DNA of 63,473 nucleotides, the filler included. It is 7 parts of 7 records of this genome, joined end to end, with 100 filler letters (N's around TTAATTAATTAA, not from the genome) between each part and the next. Parts side by side here need not be neighbours in the genome. Positions count along the whole stretch, not along the records: positions 49,898 to 60,246 come from SRR20825010_2363; positions 60,347 to 63,473 come from SRR20825010_2448; 5 more parts are not named here. The stretch is one strand, 5' to 3'. This document shows, in pieces, positions 59,260 through 63,473 of the stretch. Each line of letters starts with the position of its first letter. Position 1 is the stretch's first letter. The notes beneath the pieces were generated by a model. It had not been told where the DNA came from and did not search any database. It saw only the letters and a program-made list of their open reading frames with translations. A program made the translations under genes and the position numbers.

Positions 59260-60234
59260 ATGGTAACCACCCTCATACGGCGCATAATTCAGGCGGGGTT
59301 CGTCATTCTTGCGATGACGGTAATCGTATTCCTTGGTGTGAACGTCATCGGCAACCCGGTCGACATTCTCATCAACCCCGACCTGAACCAGGCGGAGCGG
59401 CTGCGCGTGATCGAGAGCCTGGGGCTCGATCGGCCGCTGTGGCAGCAATATCTGAGTTTCCTGCACGGTCTCACGGAAGGGAATTTCGGCAACAGCTTTG
59501 TCTATTCCAAGCCGGCGCTCGATGTGATTCTTGAGCGCTTGCCTGCGACGCTCGAACTGGCGCTCTGTGCGATGGTGATCGCAATCGTCGTGGGGCTGCC
59601 CCTGGGGCTTTATGCCGGCCTTTATCCGAACCGGGTGTCCTCACGGGTCATCATGACCGGTTCGATTCTCGGATTCTCGCTGCCCACCTTCTGGGTCGGC
59701 CTCATGCTGATCCTGCTGTTTGCCGTCCAGCTCGGCTGGTTGCCGTCCAACGGGCGCGGCGAGACCGCAATGTTGTTTGGCGTTCGCTGGTCATTCCTGA
59801 CGTGGGATGGGCTGTCGCATCTGTTGCTGCCGGCATTGAACCTCGCCCTCTTCAAGACGTCGCTCATTCTTCGGCTCACCCGGGCGGGCGTGCAGGAGGT
59901 GATCATGCAGGATTACGTCAAGTTTGCCCGCGCCAAGGGTTTGCGGGAAAGCCGCATCATCCTGGTGCACATCCTCAAAAACCTGATGATTCCTGTCGTA
60001 ACGATCATCGGGCTGGAGTTTGGCTCTTTGATCGCATTCTCGGTGGTGACCGAAAGCATATTTGGCTGGCCGGGCATGGGGAAGCTCATCATCGATAGCA
60101 TCAACCTGCTCGATCGCCCGGTAATCGTTGCTTACCTGATGATGATGGTGGTGCTCTTCGTCTCGCTGAATTTCATCATTGATGTCTGTTATACCCTGCT
60201 GGACCCCCGGGTTCGGCTGGATGGCAAAGGCTGA
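59260..60234 (+). CDS. Peptide ABC transporter permease (DppB/OppB type)
   Basis: LGLDRPL..QY, RLPATLEL, ARAKGL EAA loop, FGWPGMG, LDPRVR. Confidence 0.93.
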   Translation: MVTTLIRRIIQAGFVILAMTVIVFLGVNVIGNPVDILINPDLNQAERLRVIESLGLDRPLWQQYLSFLHGLTEGNFGNSFVYSKPALDVILERLPATLELALCAMVIAIVVGLPLGLYAGLYPNRVSSRVIMTGSILGFSLPTFWVGLMLILLFAVQLGWLPSNGRGETAMLFGVRWSFLTWDGLSHLLLPALNLALFKTSLILRLTRAGVQEVIMQDYVKFARAKGLRESRIILVHILKNLMIPVVTIIGLEFGSLIAFSVVTESIFGWPGMGKLIIDSINLLDRPVIVAYLMMMVVLFVSLNFIIDVCYTLLDPRVRLDGKG

Positions 60235-60246
60235 CGCGCCATGGAG

Positions 60247-60346
60247 NNNNNNNNNNNNNNNNNNNNNNNNNNNNNNNNNNNNNNNNNNNNTTAATTAATT
60301 AANNNNNNNNNNNNNNNNNNNNNNNNNNNNNNNNNNNNNNNNNNNN
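60247..60346. other. Artificial contig spacer
   Basis: 44 N + TTAATTAATTAA + 44 N. Confidence 0.99.
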
Positions 60347-60347
60347 G

Positions 60348-62054
60348 GCTGATGGTGTGGTTCAGATGGCGGCACGAAGTGGCGGCAGTATTTTCCTCAA
60401 TCAGGGAACCGGCACGTTCATAACCGGCGGCATTGCCGATGTCGGCAGCGTTTTAAACGCTGGCAACATCAACCCGGGTGGAGGATGGAATACGATCCAG
60501 ACCACGTTCACCGGCGATCTTGTCGGCGTTGGCACCAAGGACAGCGGCAGCGCCTATGATGTTGCCGATCTCGGCCTTTCGACCACCTTCTCGCCCTTCA
60601 GCTATTTCAACCGCAGCGAAAGTATCGACTGGCGGACGGAAACGTCCAGCAAAGGCGGGCTGTTCACCGATGTCGATGTCGACATGGAAAACGGCACAGC
60701 CGATAAACTGCTGATAGAGGGCGATTTCGCCGGGACATGGGGTGTCGACGTCAACGCCAATGCCCTGCTGCCGAACACGCGCACCGAGTTCCTGAAGGCT
60801 GAAGGCATGGATACGTCGACGATCACGGCGCTGTCCTCGCTGGTCTTCGATTTCACCGACGTCACCAAATCGGCCGAGGGTTGGCATGGTTTCTCGGTCG
60901 CCGATGCGCATTTCACCGGCAATGGCGTTTCGCTTGGCAACAATGCCGGCGAGGTCTCGAAGGCCATGCAGCAGGCCTGGGACAGGATTTCCGACGGCAG
61001 CGCGAGCGAAGTGAAATTTGCCGAGGACGAGATTTCGCTCGGTGAGGCGTTCGGCGCGTTCCATCAGTCGGAACCGGAAACCTTCTCCGACATGCTGCTG
61101 GAACTCGACTCGCAGACGGCGGCCGCGCCATTGGCGGATTCGCCCTCCGCCGCAATTGCAGCCGCCAACAGCGTGCTGTCTTGCCCGGCCTTCGAGACAA
61201 CCGGCGTGATGATGGATGAAGGGTCGTGCGTGTGGAGCCGCGCGCTTGGCGGCGAAACGACGCAGGACGCCCACGGCGATGCTCGCGGCTACACACAATC
61301 GGTCGGCGGTCTGCAGTTCGGCGGCCAGACGGAAATAAGCGATGGCTGGTTCCTCGGCTCGGGGCTGACCTATGAGAACAGCTGGTTCCGCAGTGACAGC
61401 GGCTCGGAAAAGATGGACCAGCAGTCGTTCACCGGCGCGGTGGCACTGAAACGGGAAATGGGCCCGTGGCTCTTCGGCCTTGTCGCCGGCGCGGGCTACA
61501 ACTGGGGCGATTCCAAGCGCTACATCAATCTCGACACGCTTTCGGCCACCGCCCGGGGCGAGCCGGATTCGGCGATGTTCTTTGCCCGGTTCCGCGCCTC
61601 ATACGAGGTGGCCTTCGGCGATCAGTATTACATGCGCCCGAGGGTCGATTTCGATGTCATCAACATGCACCAGTTCGGCTATACGGAAAGCGGCGCCGGT
61701 GCGCTGAACCTGATGGTCGACGGCAATTCCGATACCGCTTTCGGGGTGACACCGGGCATCGAGTTCGGGGCGCGGATCCCGTTCATGGAGGACTGGCCGG
61801 CACGGCTTTACGGCGATCTCGGCGTGACGTTCCTGTCCTCCGATGAATGGGAGACGACGACGCGTTTCGCCGGTCTGTCATCGATGGACAGCTTCTCGAC
61901 CTTCACGCCGATTGCCGATACGGTGGGCCATGTCTCGCTCGGGCTCGACCTTGCGAAACGGCAAGGCATGGAGTTGAAGTTCCAGTATGACGGCTCGTTC
62001 GCCGATGACTATCAGTCGCATGTCGGCTCGGTGCGGTTCGGCTATCGTTTCTGA
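60348..62054 (+). CDS. Autotransporter (type Va), C-terminal part with beta-barrel (5'-truncated)
   Basis: G/N/T-rich passenger end, ADKLLIEG, YTESGAGALNL, amphipathic strands, terminal GYRF beta-signal. Confidence 0.88.
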   Translation, partial: ADGVVQMAARSGGSIFLNQGTGTFITGGIADVGSVLNAGNINPGGGWNTIQTTFTGDLVGVGTKDSGSAYDVADLGLSTTFSPFSYFNRSESIDWRTETSSKGGLFTDVDVDMENGTADKLLIEGDFAGTWGVDVNANALLPNTRTEFLKAEGMDTSTITALSSLVFDFTDVTKSAEGWHGFSVADAHFTGNGVSLGNNAGEVSKAMQQAWDRISDGSASEVKFAEDEISLGEAFGAFHQSEPETFSDMLLELDSQTAAAPLADSPSAAIAAANSVLSCPAFETTGVMMDEGSCVWSRALGGETTQDAHGDARGYTQSVGGLQFGGQTEISDGWFLGSGLTYENSWFRSDSGSEKMDQQSFTGAVALKREMGPWLFGLVAGAGYNWGDSKRYINLDTLSATARGEPDSAMFFARFRASYEVAFGDQYYMRPRVDFDVINMHQFGYTESGAGALNLMVDGNSDTAFGVTPGIEFGARIPFMEDWPARLYGDLGVTFLSSDEWETTTRFAGLSSMDSFSTFTPIADTVGHVSLGLDLAKRQGMELKFQYDGSFADDYQSHVGSVRFGYRF

Positions 62055-62176
62055 CGGGCATCTGCCACGGCCAATGATATCAGCCGGCTGTCATTGGCGG
62101 GAAAAGGCTTGACGCGCTACGGTGCGTCGATGCCCTCTCTCCGCCCCCGATCTTTCCCAACTGACTGGAATACACG

Positions 62177-63361
62177 ATGCCCGCCGATCCGCCAGAAACG
62201 AAGGAACCCCGCTCGGTTGCCGAGACCGCCCGGCCTCCGGCGGTCGCGCACGAGCGCGCGGATGCGCCGGAAGCGCCGGCGGACCCCTCCGTGCTCCAGA
62301 CCAATGTGACATGTTCACGGGGCTTTCCGCAGTGGCTGGCGATGCACAATTGTTCGGTTGCGTTCACGTCTTACCAGACCGGCCAACTGTTTCTTGTCGG
62401 CACGCTGCCCAACGGGTCCTTGTCGCTGCACCAGCGCAATTTCGTCCGGGCAATGGGGCTGATCGGCGATTCGCAACGTCTGCTGCTGGCCGGTCTTGCC
62501 CAGATCTGGCGTTTTGAAAATGTGCTTGCGCCCCACGAACGCGCCAATGAACATTTCGACAGGCTCTATGTTCCCCGTCGCGGCCAGACGGTTTCCGATC
62601 TCGATGTTCACGAGTTGGGGATCGATGCGGCCGGCCGTCTGATTTTCGTCAACACCAAATACTCGTGCCTGGCGACGGACAGCGTCGCGCACTCGTTCAA
62701 GCCGGTCTGGCGTCCGCCGTTCATCTCCAGACTGGCGCCGGAGGATCGGTGCCATCTCAACGGCCTTGCTATGGAGAACGGCGTCCCGCGATTTGTCACA
62801 TCGGTCTCGACCTCGGATATCGTCGATGGCTGGCGCGAGCATCGCCGCGATGGCGGCGTGGTCGTTGATGTGGACACGGACGAGATTGTCGCCGAAGGCC
62901 TGTCGATGCCGCATTCGCCGCGCCTTCATGATGGCGCGCTCTGGTTTCTCGATTCCGGCAATGGCTATCTCACCCGGATGAACCTGGAAAGCCGGGCGAA
63001 GGAGCGTGTCGCGTTCTGCCCGGGCTTTTTGCGCGGCCTGTCCTTTCATGACGGCCATGCCTTTGTCGGGCTTTCGCTTGCGCGGCGCGAGGGCGTGTTC
63101 TCCGGGCTCAACCTTCAGAACGAGCTGGAAAAGCGCAAGGCCGAGGCGTGGTGCGGGCTGCAGATCGTCAACACCGCCAATGGCGATATCGTCGAATGGC
63201 TGCGCCTCGAAGGCGGCATCAAGGAACTGTTCGACGTGCGTGTATTGCCGGGCGTCCGCTGCCCGATGGCGCTGCCGACCTTCGGTCCGGAACTCGCCAG
63301 CTTCATCACCATCGAGGCGCCCGACCAGCCATTGTCGGAGCGCGGCTGGAAGCCCGCCTGA
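62177..63361 (+). CDS. TIGR03032 (DUF4915) family protein
   Basis: FTSYQTG, EDRCHLNGLA, LSMPHSPR, PGFLRGL, FVGLS, ELFDV motifs. Confidence 0.88.
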   Translation: MPADPPETKEPRSVAETARPPAVAHERADAPEAPADPSVLQTNVTCSRGFPQWLAMHNCSVAFTSYQTGQLFLVGTLPNGSLSLHQRNFVRAMGLIGDSQRLLLAGLAQIWRFENVLAPHERANEHFDRLYVPRRGQTVSDLDVHELGIDAAGRLIFVNTKYSCLATDSVAHSFKPVWRPPFISRLAPEDRCHLNGLAMENGVPRFVTSVSTSDIVDGWREHRRDGGVVVDVDTDEIVAEGLSMPHSPRLHDGALWFLDSGNGYLTRMNLESRAKERVAFCPGFLRGLSFHDGHAFVGLSLARREGVFSGLNLQNELEKRKAEAWCGLQIVNTANGDIVEWLRLEGGIKELFDVRVLPGVRCPMALPTFGPELASFITIEAPDQPLSERGWKPA

Positions 63362-63473
63362 AGGGTGAACCTGTGATGCATCTGTCCAGGTGACGGACAT
63401 CCTGAAGCAGGCTTTTGAGACCGACGGCCAAACCCGGTATTCTTGCCGTATGAATATGGAAAGACCGGTATCA

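Noticed and set aside
9297..60346. Six regularly structured TTAATTAATTAA elements flanked by N runs, and apparent taxon switches across them
   Set aside because: Artificial contig linkers; not repeats, CtrA sites or horizontal-transfer junctions. ORFs running into them are truncated, not pseudogenes
63362..63473. Short hairpin and possible ATG start at the window end
   Set aside because: Too little sequence to support a feature

Overview
This window is not one locus. It is seven unrelated contigs joined by 100-bp artificial spacers (44 N + TTAATTAATTAA + 44 N), so gene neighbourhood only has meaning within a contig. Taxon labels are inferred from gene order and protein style. (1) 1-9296, Marinobacter-like gammaproteobacterium: purM-purN-DUF3108, avtA, yjaG, dcd, apbC, metG-rsxA-rsxB, plus a nested-palindrome intergenic element. 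(2) 9397-19890, Rhizobiales-like: degenerate GGDEF gene, kinase-less PAS-PAS-receiver protein with a perfect CtrA box, mutL, and pmbA-cysQ-DUF4170-DUF374-waaA-lpxK. (3) 19991-25846, alphaproteobacterium: AsmA-like protein, glnE, PleC/DivJ-like kinase. (4) 25947-37151, alphaproteobacterium: tRNA-Arg(CCT), MacAB-type exporter, GT9, PilZ protein, beta-oxidation enzymes, Kef antiporter. (5) 37252-49797, Marinobacter-like: rpe, orphan PAAR, DjlA-like protein, murU-amgK, lptD-surA-pdxA-rsmA-apaH-thiS-thiG. (6) 49898-60246, alphaproteobacterial catabolic region: TRAP transporter + ThDP enzyme, IclR, and a peptide ABC operon containing a serine hydrolase and an atypical GGT-fold enzyme. (7) 60347-63473: autotransporter followed by a TIGR03032 protein. 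Most content is housekeeping. The best candidates for undescribed biology are the IclR/ABC/hydrolase/altered-GGT pathway, the autotransporter-TIGR03032 pair, the CtrA-boxed kinase-less signalling module, the orphan PAAR and several non-coding repeats. No CRISPR array, rRNA, integrase or transposase was seen. Family assignments are from motif recognition by eye, not database searches.
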